Origin: Candidatus Latescibacterota bacterium
Lineage (GTDB): Bacteria > Latescibacterota > UBA2968 > GCA-2709665
Length of the DNA: 64,000 bases
NCBI GenBank assembly: GCA_965116875.1
Contig: OZ220733.1
Span: 5,312,001-5,376,000 of the forward strand
Reading direction: 5' to 3'
Of this stretch, positions 29,173-39,464 are shown in pieces. The translations under genes were made by a program, and so were the position numbers. Under the pieces are notes generated by a model that had not been told where the DNA came from, made no database searches, and worked only from the letters and a program-made list of their open reading frames with translations. Each line of letters begins with the position of its first letter. Position 1 is the stretch's first letter.

Positions 29173-29652
29173 TCAACCATGCTGATCTGATTCATCCATC
29201 AATGCCATCCGAACGAACTCGAACATGCCTCCGTTCGTCCGGTTCATGAAATGTTCGACTTCCCTGAAACCGATTCGATGATAGACCATGATCGCGCGTT
29301 TGTTGAATGTTGCGACCCGAAGCTGGATGGTCTTCGGGGAGAATCGGGTTCTTGCGAAGTCCAGGCCCGCTCGGGCAAAGTCCGCCCCCAAACCCCTTCC
29401 CGTAAGATCCGGTCGAAGCCCCAGACCGAAATCCACCACGCCGTCCGCGACCTGGAATGCGAAGAAACCGACCAGGTCGCCTGCGCAGTCCCGAACGCCA
29501 AACATCGAGTCGCCTCTTAGCGCTGGATCCAGAAGCTCCTCAAGATCTTCGGGATCCGCTTCCGCGTCATAGAAGGCATACTCGCCCTCGTAATGCCACG
29601 TGGCGATCGTCTCGGCATCCGACTGAGTCAGAGGTTCAATGCGGAATTGCAC
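29173..29652 (-). CDS. GNAT N-acetyltransferase (RimJ/RimL-like)
   Basis: GLGLRPDLTGRGLG, LRVATFNKRAIMVY; GTG start inferred. Confidence 0.85.
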   Translation of the reverse strand: MQFRIEPLTQSDAETIATWHYEGEYAFYDAEADPEDLEELLDPALRGDSMFGVRDCAGDLVGFFAFQVADGVVDFGLGLRPDLTGRGLGADFARAGLDFARTRFSPKTIQLRVATFNKRAIMVYHRIGFREVEHFMNRTNGGMFEFVRMALMDESDQHG

Positions 29653-29684
29653 CGGATTTGCTCCATTCTTCTTCGATTTGGCGT

Positions 29685-30155
29685 TTAACCCGTTTTCGCC
29701 TCCCGACGGCGCAGGCGCTCCAGGCTCTCCTGAGGCCACACTTCGTTCCTGTCGTATCCCTTTTCAAACTGTGGAACGTCAGCTGGCAACTCGAGCCAGG
29801 CGTGCTTGTCCTCGGTCCAGATGTGTGCGCCAATCTCGAGTACCCTGACGTCATCCAGCGTTCTCGATTTCAGAAGCGCCGTTGCCGGGTGATTCGTGGC
29901 AGTCCTGTAAATGACATCACCGCAGGACTTGCAGATGAATTCCGTTCGTTGCGTCGATATCTTCCTGGAGGAAACGTTGCCCTGATTGATCATGATGTCG
30001 CTTTCCAGGACGATCGTTGTAATTCGGAAGGCGGAACCGGAAGCCTTCTGGCAATCGAGGCAGTGACATGCATGCACGAATAGTGGCGTGTTCAGAAGTC
30101 TGTATCGGACCTCTCCGCAACTGCATCCGCCGGTGAAGCGGGAGCACCTGTTCAC
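29685..30155 (-). CDS. GFA family protein
   Basis: GGCSCG, CHCLDCQ, CKSCG, AHIW; GTG 30155 after GGAG. Confidence 0.85.
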   Translation of the reverse strand: MNRCSRFTGGCSCGEVRYRLLNTPLFVHACHCLDCQKASGSAFRITTIVLESDIMINQGNVSSRKISTQRTEFICKSCGDVIYRTATNHPATALLKSRTLDDVRVLEIGAHIWTEDKHAWLELPADVPQFEKGYDRNEVWPQESLERLRRREAKTG

Positions 30156-30177
30156 ATGTTTCTCCAATCGCGTTGCT

Positions 30178-31116
30178 TTATTGGCAACCGGCGAGGCCCG
30201 CATCAAAGTAGCTCCTTAGTCGGGGATAGGCCATCCGTTTGTATTCATCGGGAAAGCTGTGACCGCATTTTTGCACGGTAAGCAGCAGGTGATCGGACAG
30301 ACCCTCCGGTTCGTAGAACTCGCGCCGGGCCTCCTCGAAATATCCTCGAATCTGCGCGATCGTCTCAGGGGTTTTCTCCAGAGATTGCAGCACGGTCATC
30401 AGATAGCGCGGCGCGATCGCAAGAAGGTTCTTCTTTGTCACTCGCCCGGTTACGAGCGCCACTTTGACGCGCGGATCCCGAGCCATCGTACTGGCAGCCT
30501 GCGCCGATCCCATCGAATGACCGATCACGCCGATGCGTTCCGAATCCACAAAATCCAGTGCTGAAAGAACATCGACCGCGCGGATGCCATCGTACGCGTG
30601 CTTGAACCAGAAAGGCCGTCCCAGAGGTTCGCTCAGAATCTGATGGCAGTGCCTGTTCTCATAGGGATGTCTGACAGCGGGAACACTGCGCTCTCCGCAA
30701 TTTATCGCATCGGGCGCCAGAACGACAAATCCTTGAATAACAAGCTCATAACCATAGGCTTGATCGGGGCGTTGGACGGCCTTTCCAACAACGGCATCCT
30801 TTGCAATGATGCAGTCCGTGTTGCACTGATGAAAGGCAACCATTGCCGGGTAGGGTGGTGAGAATCGCTCATCTTTAGGGATCAGGAGATATGCCGGAAC
30901 TCGTCGTCCCGACAACTGAGGCATCGTTTCTTCCGTCTCAACGCGGTAATTGATCTTCCATTCTTCGTAAACGTGTTCACGATCAGACCGATAGTGCTTG
31001 TCCAGAACCTGCACGTCGAGCGGAGGAGGAACAGGATATTCAGCCATTTCCTCCTTAATCTGCCCTATGAAATGTTCACGTTCCTGTCTGATGGACATGA
31101 TCATGATATGGCTCAA
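30178..31116 (-). CDS. dienelactone hydrolase-like alpha/beta hydrolase
   Basis: PAYLLIP, GFVVLAPD, IGHSMG. Confidence 0.8.
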   Translation of the reverse strand: MSHIMIMSIRQEREHFIGQIKEEMAEYPVPPPLDVQVLDKHYRSDREHVYEEWKINYRVETEETMPQLSGRRVPAYLLIPKDERFSPPYPAMVAFHQCNTDCIIAKDAVVGKAVQRPDQAYGYELVIQGFVVLAPDAINCGERSVPAVRHPYENRHCHQILSEPLGRPFWFKHAYDGIRAVDVLSALDFVDSERIGVIGHSMGSAQAASTMARDPRVKVALVTGRVTKKNLLAIAPRYLMTVLQSLEKTPETIAQIRGYFEEARREFYEPEGLSDHLLLTVQKCGHSFPDEYKRMAYPRLRSYFDAGLAGCQ

Positions 31117-31132
31117 TCACCATGGGTCGTGA

Positions 31133-32569
31133 TCAACGTTTGTTCCGGTCACGGGGGTTAATGCCTGACGCCAACTCCCGCAGCACGTCGACCGCTATGA
31201 GTACGTCTTCTCTTCGACAGTCGAACTGTCCGACCTGGAAGCGAATGACGAACTGTCCCTCGTGGATTGTATGCGTCAGGTAAATCCGGCCGTCGTCATT
31301 CACGGCGCGGAGCAGGCGTCTGGTGGCGTCGCTGGCATCCTCTCCGACGGGCGCATACTGGAACGTGAATAGCGACAGGCGGCAATCCGTCGTCAGGCGA
31401 AATCCGTCCAGCGATGCGATCTCCGCGGCCGCCTCCTCGGCCCACGCAATATGGTTCCGGATCCGCCGGCGGAGATCTTCCAGGCCGTGGGCTCGAAGCA
31501 AAAACCAGAGCTTGAGCGCACGGAACCTGCGCCCCAGCGGGATCGTCCACTCGCTGTAGTTGGTGACCTCGGACTGCCCGAGTGTCTCCAGGTATTCCGG
31601 CCGGATCCCCAGGGTGCGGACCTGCGGTTCCGGGTCCGCGAGAAACTGAATCGAGCAGTCGAACTGTGCACCGAGCCACTTATGGGGATTGAATACGATG
31701 CTGTCCGCGCTCTCGACGCCGTCCCACAATCCACGTAGCTCGGGACAGATCATTGCCGAACCGGCCCACGCGGCGTCCACGTGGACGTAGAGGTCGAACT
31801 CCCGTGCGACTTCGACGGCCGGACGTACATTGTCGGACGCGCCGACCGACGTGCCGCCGACACAGAGGACGACGCCGGCCGGAAGGAGCCCCGCGGCCCG
31901 GTCGTCGCGGACCGACTCGCGAAGCGCCTCCGGGTCGAGCGCGCCGGACCGTTCCGTGGGCACTTTGACGAGGTTCCGCTGGCCGATCCCGGCGATTCGC
32001 ACCGCCTTGTCGATGGACGAGTGGGTCTCGGGCGAGGCGTAGATCCGTATCGGCGTCTCCCCGGCCATACCGGAATCGATCCCTCGCCAATTCAGCGCGC
32101 GTTCGCGCATCGTCAGCACGGCACAGAGATTGGCCGCCGTCGCCGTGTCCTGGATGACACCCTGGAATCCCCCAGGAAGACCGAGCGCCCGACGCATCCA
32201 GTCCACCATCCGCGTCTCGATTTCCGTGGCCGCGGGCGAGGTCTGCCAGAGCATGCACTGCGCCGCCATCACCGCCGTCAGATTCTCGGCAATCATCGAA
32301 ACAGGCGCCGCGCTGGCGGGGAAGTACGCGAAGAAGCGCGGGTGTTGCCAGTGGGTCATGCCGCCCGGAACGATACGCTCGAATTCGGCGAAGATCGTCT
32401 CCATGTCCTCCGGCAATTCGGGCGGCGCTTCAGGAAGCATCGCTGCGATCTCACCCGGCGCGGTCTGCGCGCGAACGGGCCGATTTTCGAGCGTCGACAG
32501 GTATTCGGCGCCCCACCGCGCGGCCCGCTCGGCCCATCTGTAGTAGTCTTCTCGTCTCATAGCCATCAA
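31133..32569 (-). CDS. PLP-dependent group II decarboxylase (aromatic L-amino acid decarboxylase-like)
   Basis: THWQHPRFFAYFP, HVDAAWAG, NPHKW, LGRRFRALKLW. Confidence 0.92.
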   Translation of the reverse strand: MMAMRREDYYRWAERAARWGAEYLSTLENRPVRAQTAPGEIAAMLPEAPPELPEDMETIFAEFERIVPGGMTHWQHPRFFAYFPASAAPVSMIAENLTAVMAAQCMLWQTSPAATEIETRMVDWMRRALGLPGGFQGVIQDTATAANLCAVLTMRERALNWRGIDSGMAGETPIRIYASPETHSSIDKAVRIAGIGQRNLVKVPTERSGALDPEALRESVRDDRAAGLLPAGVVLCVGGTSVGASDNVRPAVEVAREFDLYVHVDAAWAGSAMICPELRGLWDGVESADSIVFNPHKWLGAQFDCSIQFLADPEPQVRTLGIRPEYLETLGQSEVTNYSEWTIPLGRRFRALKLWFLLRAHGLEDLRRRIRNHIAWAEEAAAEIASLDGFRLTTDCRLSLFTFQYAPVGEDASDATRRLLRAVNDDGRIYLTHTIHEGQFVIRFQVGQFDCRREDVLIAVDVLRELASGINPRDRNKR

Positions 32570-32903
32570 TATAACACAATCGCTACAAATCCCCTATATT
32601 TCGAGATTCCAACTGCGAAAACGGCCTTGGGGTATAGAACTTGAAACGGAGACGCGGATTGTATAGCTTGATAGCAAAGGTGTCGAATCCGTCTCACCTT
32701 TTGCCTGTTTCAAGGAACACGCCGTAGGCAGGGAATTTGGGGAGATGTGGATTTTGAATCTGGTTTTCGGGTTACTGGTTCAAGCTGACTGCTGATGGCT
32801 GATGGCTGACCGCTAAAGGATGGGTGGCGGGGCGGGGTGTGTTCCTCTACCCTCTCCCGGCTCACGTCTTCCCGTTCCTACACTTTATCGACAGGACTTC
32901 CCT

Positions 32904-34178
32904 ATGGACACCCTTCCACTCCCTGCCCGTCCCGATCTTGCAGACTACACAAAGCTCGCGCAAGAACTCGTCGAAGCCTCGGAATCGGACGATTCAAACG
33001 CCGTTCGCGATCGGTGCGGCGAATGGCTGGAGTCTATCGAACGCCAATCGGGGTCCGACCTGACGGACTTTGTGCGGAGCAGCTACGAACGGGCCGTCGG
33101 CGAGGTCGAAAAAGGCGTCCTTGAGATGTCGGAGAATGCGGGTGAGGATGGCCGGGGATTCACGCTGGCCGGCGCACAGTCGCTGATTGCTGGAGCCCAC
33201 AGCTTCGAGAGCTGGAATGCATTCGCCAGGTTCTGCGACGAGGATACAAGCCAGACGCCCGATGGGGCCGAGTTCGAGGTCGCCTCCGACGCCGTGGTCG
33301 ATGGAAACCTCGCGAGACTCCAGTCGCTCTTGCGCGAAAACCCGGCTTTGGCCCACGCCCGTTCGGCGCGGATCCACCGGGCGACGCTGTTGTATTACCT
33401 GGCGGCCAACGGCATCGAGGACTTCCGCCAGCGGTCCCCCGCCAACGCGCCCGAAATCGCGCGGTTTCTGCTGGATGCCGGCGCGGAGGTGGACGCCCTG
33501 TGCGGGGTGGGCAATTCGGATGACACGCCCATGCTGGCGCTCGTAACCAGCGTACATCCGCATTCTATGGGTGTGGCGACGGAGCTGATCGAAATATTCG
33601 TAGAGGCGGGCTCTAAAGTGGATGGCGTGAACGGAGACGGGGCGCCTGTACGGCTGGCACTCAAATTCGGCTATCCCGAATCGGCAGCCGCCCTGGCGCG
33701 CCTGGGGGCGGAGGTGAAAACGGTCGCGATGGCCGCGGGTCTGGGCCGGCTGGACCTGACGAAGGCGTTCGTCGAAGAACGCGGCGTATCCGGGGCGGAA
33801 CTGGCAGACGCGTTTGAAGACGCCTGCCGGTTCGGACGGACGGATATCGCCGAATACCTCCTGGCAAACGGCGCCGACGTGGATGGACAGGGCACGTGGA
33901 AGATGACGGCCCTGATGTGGTCCGCTTCCCAGGGGCATCTCGACACCATGGCCCTGATCCTCGATCGCTGTCCATCGCTCGAATTGCGGAACGAGTTCGG
34001 AGGCACCGCGATGGGCACGACCCTGCATTTCGCGATCCATTCACCCAGGCCCGGCGCCGACTATCCTGCCGTTGTCGAAATGCTACTCGACGCGGGATTG
34101 AAATTCGAGGGAACCAGGAAGGGAACGGGGCTGGATGATGTTGACGCCGTACTTCGCAGGCACGGAAAGATCGATTAG
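32904..34178 (+). CDS. ankyrin repeat domain protein
   Basis: LPARPDL N-terminus; repeats ending LLDAGAEVD, LLANGADVD, TALMWSA. Confidence 0.85.
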   Translation: MDTLPLPARPDLADYTKLAQELVEASESDDSNAVRDRCGEWLESIERQSGSDLTDFVRSSYERAVGEVEKGVLEMSENAGEDGRGFTLAGAQSLIAGAHSFESWNAFARFCDEDTSQTPDGAEFEVASDAVVDGNLARLQSLLRENPALAHARSARIHRATLLYYLAANGIEDFRQRSPANAPEIARFLLDAGAEVDALCGVGNSDDTPMLALVTSVHPHSMGVATELIEIFVEAGSKVDGVNGDGAPVRLALKFGYPESAAALARLGAEVKTVAMAAGLGRLDLTKAFVEERGVSGAELADAFEDACRFGRTDIAEYLLANGADVDGQGTWKMTALMWSASQGHLDTMALILDRCPSLELRNEFGGTAMGTTLHFAIHSPRPGADYPAVVEMLLDAGLKFEGTRKGTGLDDVDAVLRRHGKID

Positions 34179-34421
34179 AACGGCAATCTCAGCACCAACA
34201 GTATCCAAGACAAATCAAGGCGCGGCCATCACGGCGGCGTCTTTTTGTTGCGCCCGTGACCAGAGCCTGTCGAAGGATCGAAGGGGCCGCGACGTAAATT
34301 GACGAAATGTGCGGAATATCTGGCAAACCCAAAGTGCCGGGAACACCCAAAGAACCAGCATATCTGCACTCTCTGTAGCTGTGATTTCTGTGCCGAAATT
34401 TCATTCAGCATCAACACACAA

Positions 34422-35276
34422 CTATTCCCCGTCGGACGCTGGATTCATTCGTTTGACTTCCATCAGCCACTCCCTCCACTTATCTAAAACCACTTTTTCG
34501 AGAAACCTCCGACTGTTATCCTGGTCAAGACAATTCAAAGCCGTGTCAACATTGTAGTCGAAAACTCCCAGCATATGTACTGGAGTCCTACCTGTCTTGT
34601 CACTAGGTATCGAATCCAGGGATGGGAGCTTCATAGGCCTATAACCATCTGGCGCCAAGAAATGGATGATCTCACCCTGCTCATTCAACATTTCGAGCCG
34701 GGGCACGTCTCTAGAGTCAACAAGAACGCGTAGACGCTCGATACCCCGACTATCGCAGAGAGATATCTTGGCTTCACGATTCAGCCAGCGACCAACAAAG
34801 ACACGGTCAAGTTCAAACTCCTTAATAGCAGGCTTTCTTCCGTATTGCTTTTCGAATTTTTCCATAAACTCTTCACGTGGTCCAGGAGGTCTATCCCAAA
34901 CATATAATCCTCTTATACTCTCATTGTCCACCAATCCCACTACATCGGATGAGTGATGTTGGTCGAATCTCAGCCCAACCGTGTTCTGGATAGTCAGACC
35001 GCCAATCTCATCACCATCCTCCGCGAAGAATAGCATTCCGGCAGAAGACCCTCCCCTTCGCTCAGGGAAAGTGGGCATGCGCTCTTTATTGTGAATACTC
35101 ATCCTGACGGTACCGTCCTTTTCTACAATCTTGATCTGCTGGACCTCAATCTCTTTCGATCTTATCCTCTGGTGAGTTGATGTCTGAGTTTCCTGCTCGT
35201 TCACCAATTCCTTGATCTGATTCTCAAGTTCTTTAACCCGGCGCTCCAGATTCTCGATCCGATCGACTCTATTCAT
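34422..35276 (-). CDS. hypothetical protein (coiled coil plus beta-rich domain)
   Basis: 284-aa ORF, visibly more AT-rich than neighbours. Confidence 0.65.
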   Translation of the reverse strand: MNRVDRIENLERRVKELENQIKELVNEQETQTSTHQRIRSKEIEVQQIKIVEKDGTVRMSIHNKERMPTFPERRGGSSAGMLFFAEDGDEIGGLTIQNTVGLRFDQHHSSDVVGLVDNESIRGLYVWDRPPGPREEFMEKFEKQYGRKPAIKEFELDRVFVGRWLNREAKISLCDSRGIERLRVLVDSRDVPRLEMLNEQGEIIHFLAPDGYRPMKLPSLDSIPSDKTGRTPVHMLGVFDYNVDTALNCLDQDNSRRFLEKVVLDKWREWLMEVKRMNPASDGE

Positions 35277-35516
35277 CGAATTTACCCCCGCCATCTTGAC
35301 GAAACGAAGTCTCATTCAACCACGTTAGTTGGTGCGATCTGTTTCTTTCGCTGCTGATTGCTCCCACTGTGGTATTGTCAATGAGATACCCTGCCCCTTC
35401 CACGCTTCGACAATCCTTCGACAGGCTTGCCGCGACAAGCCACTTCGACAAGCTCAGTGCAAGCAGCACAGGCAGAGCAAGTGCTCAGGGCAGCGTCTTC
35501 GACTCTTCGACTACAT

Positions 35517-35903
35517 CTACTGCTGCATGATCTGAATGAGATTGCCGCAGGTATCGTCAAAGACGGCCATGATGATGTCCTCCCACTCTGTCGGCTCCAG
35601 CGTAAATCTTACGCCGAGTTCGCTTAATCGCTCATGCTCCGCGCGGACGTCGTCAACGCCGAAGCATGTTGCGGCGATGCCCTGTTCGAAAATCCCTTTC
35701 TGATATGTCTTCGCTACCGGGTTTTCGTTCGGCTCGAGCAAGAGTTCAGTCCCGTCCCGGTCACCGGGCGAGACGACCGTGAGCCATCTGTGTTCGCCAA
35801 CGGGAACGTCGTGTTTCTTTTCGAAACCAAGGACCTCAGTATAGAACTTCAACGCTTTGTCCTGGTCTTCAACAAAAACGCCATTGAGTATGATTCTCAT
35901 CAT
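35517..35903 (-). CDS. VOC/glyoxalase family protein
   Basis: DQDKALKFYTEVLGF, AVFDDTCGNLIQI. Confidence 0.9.
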   Translation of the reverse strand: MMRIILNGVFVEDQDKALKFYTEVLGFEKKHDVPVGEHRWLTVVSPGDRDGTELLLEPNENPVAKTYQKGIFEQGIAATCFGVDDVRAEHERLSELGVRFTLEPTEWEDIIMAVFDDTCGNLIQIMQQ

Positions 35904-35974
35904 TGTATCGCCCCTTTCGGTTGTCAGTTTCAGTTGTGGTTAACGAGAACGTATCTATTGGTTTTCTTCACTAT

Positions 35975-36611
35975 CACTGCTGTCCGAGATCGGTGAGATT
36001 CTCAGAGAAGAGGTCGGGCAAGAGGCTTCGATTGGCGATATAGTACGGGCTGAACCTGGATCATGCAAATCAGGTTGCCATGGTTTCGGTCTTGTTGCAA
36101 TTCATGTCACTCAGATTGGAGTCGAAGCATTTTTCGCCGCTTCCGTCCCGCGCTGGGGCCGGACGTGCCGCTTCTCAGGTATCGATACGTGCAAACCGAA
36201 CGGGGATAATCCCATGCCGCAGTAGATCCTTCGTCGGCCTGCTCTGCATGGCAGTGTGCTCTTACGTGTAACGGACGCGTTTCGCCGACGTTGTACGCAG
36301 GCCTCCTCTGGATGACAGTATTGGCGAAGGTGTGGGCTACGCGTTTCACCAGTGGCTATTGCGAAACATGTCATTCTGAGCGGAGTCGAAGAATCTCCCG
36401 TATTCTCGATTGGACGTGTCGCACATGCCCGTTGAAGACGAACCTGTGCGCGGACGTCTGGCCAGTCTTTCGGCCTCTTCTGAAGTACATTCGGGCTAAG
36501 GTGTGAAGGATACATTTCGCTAATGACTGCGGACGATTTTTCCATCGTCCGGACACTTCGCGCACTCTTGCGAATTTCGTAGTGAATCAAACCCGTTTTT
36601 GAACAGGTCTA
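35975..36611 (+). mobile_element. MITE family 1 copy C (637 bp)
   Basis: starts CACTGCTGTCC, ends TTTTGAACAGGTCTA; degenerate flanks CTTCACTAT / CTTCGTGAT; colinear with copies A and B. Confidence 0.8.
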
Positions 36612-36625
36612 CTTCGTGATAATCC

Positions 36626-37426
36626 TCACGTAGCCATGAATTCGGCAAACGTACTGCCCCGTGGATGGCAATAGCTGTACCTGAAGTACGACTTGAAACC
36701 GATCTTCCGGTAGACCGGCTCTCCCATCTTCGACGCCTGCAGGACGGCGATCCCGTACTCCATTTGACGGGCATCCTCCATCGGGGCCAGCGTCAGCGCC
36801 GTCCCAATTCCCTTCCTCCGATGTTCCGGCGAAACTTCCACCTGATACAGCCCGGCAACGCCCGATGAGAGAAACATCATCGAAGTCCCGATCGCTTCGC
36901 CGTCGATCCTCCCCAGATAGAGCCTCACTTCGGGCGATTCCATAAGAACCCTGAACATATCAAACTCGAACAGGGGGAAAAAGGACAGCCATTCGTGCAG
37001 TCCGGCGTCATCGACCACACGTTCGATCCGGAGGTCGTCCTGGAACGAATGCCCATCATTGACATCATCCAGTCGGATCGCCATCCCCGGCGGATCGTGA
37101 TCCATCGCCACGAACCCGCTTTTCAAGAGATGCATCCTCAGATTCTCAGGCTCCGGGTTCGGACCAAACTTCAGGATGGGTGGCAGTTTCCTCTGCTCGA
37201 TACCCTCGCGGATCTCATGGATTCGGTTTTCGAGGGTCTCTTCGCTGAAACACGGTTCGACCAGATAGTTCGGCCACCACGGCTTGCCGATGACCGCGGT
37301 GACGTCTTCTTCACGCAATATGGTCCTACCGCCGCGTTCCGCGGAGAAGACGAACAGATCGACGTTGTTCCGCTCAATGGCAGCAATGATAGCAGGTTCC
37401 GAATCGTCTTCCAGGACAGAAACCAT
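36626..37426 (-). CDS. GNAT N-acetyltransferase
   Basis: VSPEHRRKGIGTALT, LQASKMGEPVYRKIGF. Confidence 0.9.
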   Translation of the reverse strand: MVSVLEDDSEPAIIAAIERNNVDLFVFSAERGGRTILREEDVTAVIGKPWWPNYLVEPCFSEETLENRIHEIREGIEQRKLPPILKFGPNPEPENLRMHLLKSGFVAMDHDPPGMAIRLDDVNDGHSFQDDLRIERVVDDAGLHEWLSFFPLFEFDMFRVLMESPEVRLYLGRIDGEAIGTSMMFLSSGVAGLYQVEVSPEHRRKGIGTALTLAPMEDARQMEYGIAVLQASKMGEPVYRKIGFKSYFRYSYCHPRGSTFAEFMAT

Positions 37427-37436
37427 CTATCGGTCC

Positions 37437-38024
37437 TCAGCGCGTGATTTCGTTGCGGAGTTTCGACAGCAAGACCGTGTCGACGTCGGGAAACTTACAC
37501 AATTCCGATAGCAAGGTCTCAACATTCTCAACCGAGTATTTGAGCCGGGGTCGACCCAGTTTCTCGCATGCGCTGATCATGAAATGGCTGGAATCACCCT
37601 CGCCGCGCCTGGCTCGTTTTACCGCCCAGACGACATTCCAGAACGCGGACGTAGCGACAGACCAGTCCGGGAACGGCGAAGGCCATTTATGTGGTGTATC
37701 CCGGTCTGATCTGATATCGAGCTCTACCCTCCAGAACACCGGAAAGTCGAGGAAATTGACCATTATGTTCTGCGCTATCCCGTCGTCCTTCTGCTCAGGA
37801 TCAAACCGCATGGTGAATGCGCCGAAATGCTTTTTCAGGCACGCCGATAAGGAATCGAAAAATCCCTGCGTGAGTTCGACATGGACGTTGACCTCGAGGT
37901 CAACGTCGCTATAATCGTCGACCTTTCCCGATTCGAATGAACCGCGGAAGCTGACCCTTCCGGAAGCAAAATGCCTCCGAAGGACATCCAGGACCTCATT
38001 TCCGAATTGATGTATGGTCATCAC
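37437..38024 (-). CDS. nucleotidyltransferase domain protein
   Basis: GS..SG..DDYSDVD. Confidence 0.75.
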   Translation of the reverse strand: MMTIHQFGNEVLDVLRRHFASGRVSFRGSFESGKVDDYSDVDLEVNVHVELTQGFFDSLSACLKKHFGAFTMRFDPEQKDDGIAQNIMVNFLDFPVFWRVELDIRSDRDTPHKWPSPFPDWSVATSAFWNVVWAVKRARRGEGDSSHFMISACEKLGRPRLKYSVENVETLLSELCKFPDVDTVLLSKLRNEITR

Positions 38025-38095
38025 TGATACGCATCGCTGTCAGACGCCGCTCCGGATGTCGAACCCGTCTTCACTTTCCCATTCTTCTTCGAATC

Positions 38096-38458
38096 TCACG
38101 ACGCGGGTTCCCAGAGCTCGATGGGGTTTCCTTCGGGGTCGTGGATGCGGGCGAAGCGGCCGATGCCCTCCATCTCGCTTTCGTGGCTCACCTCTATATC
38201 GGCGGACTTCAGTTGTGCGATCATCGCGTCCAGATCGGCCACACGGAAATTCAGCATGAAAGACTTATCCGCCGCGAAATAGTCCGTGTCGACGTCGAAA
38301 GGTGAGAAAACCGTGACCCCGGACTCGGTCACCCATGGCGTCATCTCCATGTTCGTCGGAGCAAGATTGATGCCGAGATGATCGTGGTACCACTTCGCGA
38401 GTCGTTCCGGGTCCTTTGCCCGAAAGAAGAACCCGCCGAATCCCTGAACCCTTTGCAT
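38096..38458 (-). CDS. VOC/glyoxalase family protein
   Basis: GGFFFRAKDP, MLNFRV, DPEGNPIELWE. Confidence 0.9.
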   Translation of the reverse strand: MQRVQGFGGFFFRAKDPERLAKWYHDHLGINLAPTNMEMTPWVTESGVTVFSPFDVDTDYFAADKSFMLNFRVADLDAMIAQLKSADIEVSHESEMEGIGRFARIHDPEGNPIELWEPAS

Positions 38459-38569
38459 GCTGCGCCCCTCTCTGCGCTAAGAAGTTGTGGGATGCTGCCT
38501 CGTTTGTCTGCCCTGGAGCAAGAAACGGTGGATTGAGGAGAGTTTCCGGTCCTTTGAATGTAGGGCTAC

Positions 38570-39237
38570 CACTTCTGCCCAAGAACCGTGGAACTCTCAG
38601 AAATATGGTTCGAAGAATGGCTTCAATTCGCGATCATTGACGTGTCTGACCGGGAAACCAGGTTGTCATCGGTTCGTGTTTGTTGTTACGCATGTCTTGC
38701 TGAGCGGATTCGAAGGATCTTTCGCCGCTTCCATCCCGCGCTGCAGGCAAACGTGCTGCCTCTCAGGTATCGACACGTGAAAGTCGCACTGGGTTGATCC
38801 GATGCTGCAGTAGATCCTTCGTCGGCCTGAAGGCTTCCTGTGGATTACAGCGGGAAGCCACGTGCATGACAATCGTAAAACATGTCATTCTGAGCGCGCT
38901 GGCCTCCTCAGGATGACATGTTCTGCGAAGGTGTGGGCCCAGCGTTTCGCCAATGGTTATCGCAAAACATGTCAATCCGAGCGCAGCGAAGAATCTCCCG
39001 TATTCTCGATTGTACGTGTCGCATATGGTCTTTGTAGATGAACTTGTGCGCGGACACATCGACAGGCTCAGGGCAAGCCCTCAGGATGACAGTCTTAGTG
39101 AAGGGAGGACCGACTCGTCTCGCCAATGACTCTGGACAATTCTTCCAGCCGTTCATTTCGCGTATTTTCGTGACTCTTGTAGTTTATCAAATCCCTGAGA
39201 TGCGGACGACAGTCCTCGTGCAATCCCTGGTTGGTCG
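38570..39237 (+). mobile_element. MITE family 1 copy D (right end approximate)
   Basis: starts CACTTCTGCCCAAGAACC; shares internal blocks AGATCCTTCGTCGGCCT and GCGAAGAATCTCCCGTATTCTCG. Confidence 0.75.
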
Positions 39238-39464
39238 AAGGGCTGTTGAATAGCGGGCATTTCGACAAGCTCGCTTCGACAGGCTCAGCACACGCAATGA
39301 CCACGCGTTATTTTTTTCATCGGACGTCATCAATCCGCGGTTCGGAGATCCAGAATCTGCTCTAAGTCTTGTCCTAAGCTTGGTTGCATTGAGCCTGTCG
39401 AAATGTTGAAGGGCCGGCGACGCCTGATGCTGTGGGGAGATTGCAACACCATGATGAGTTCGTA

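Noticed and set aside
32784-32818. GCTGAYN heptamer run
   Set aside because: Short degenerate microsatellite-like tract with no supportable function
32994-34040. 348-aa minus-strand ORF
   Set aside because: Antisense shadow of the ankyrin gene
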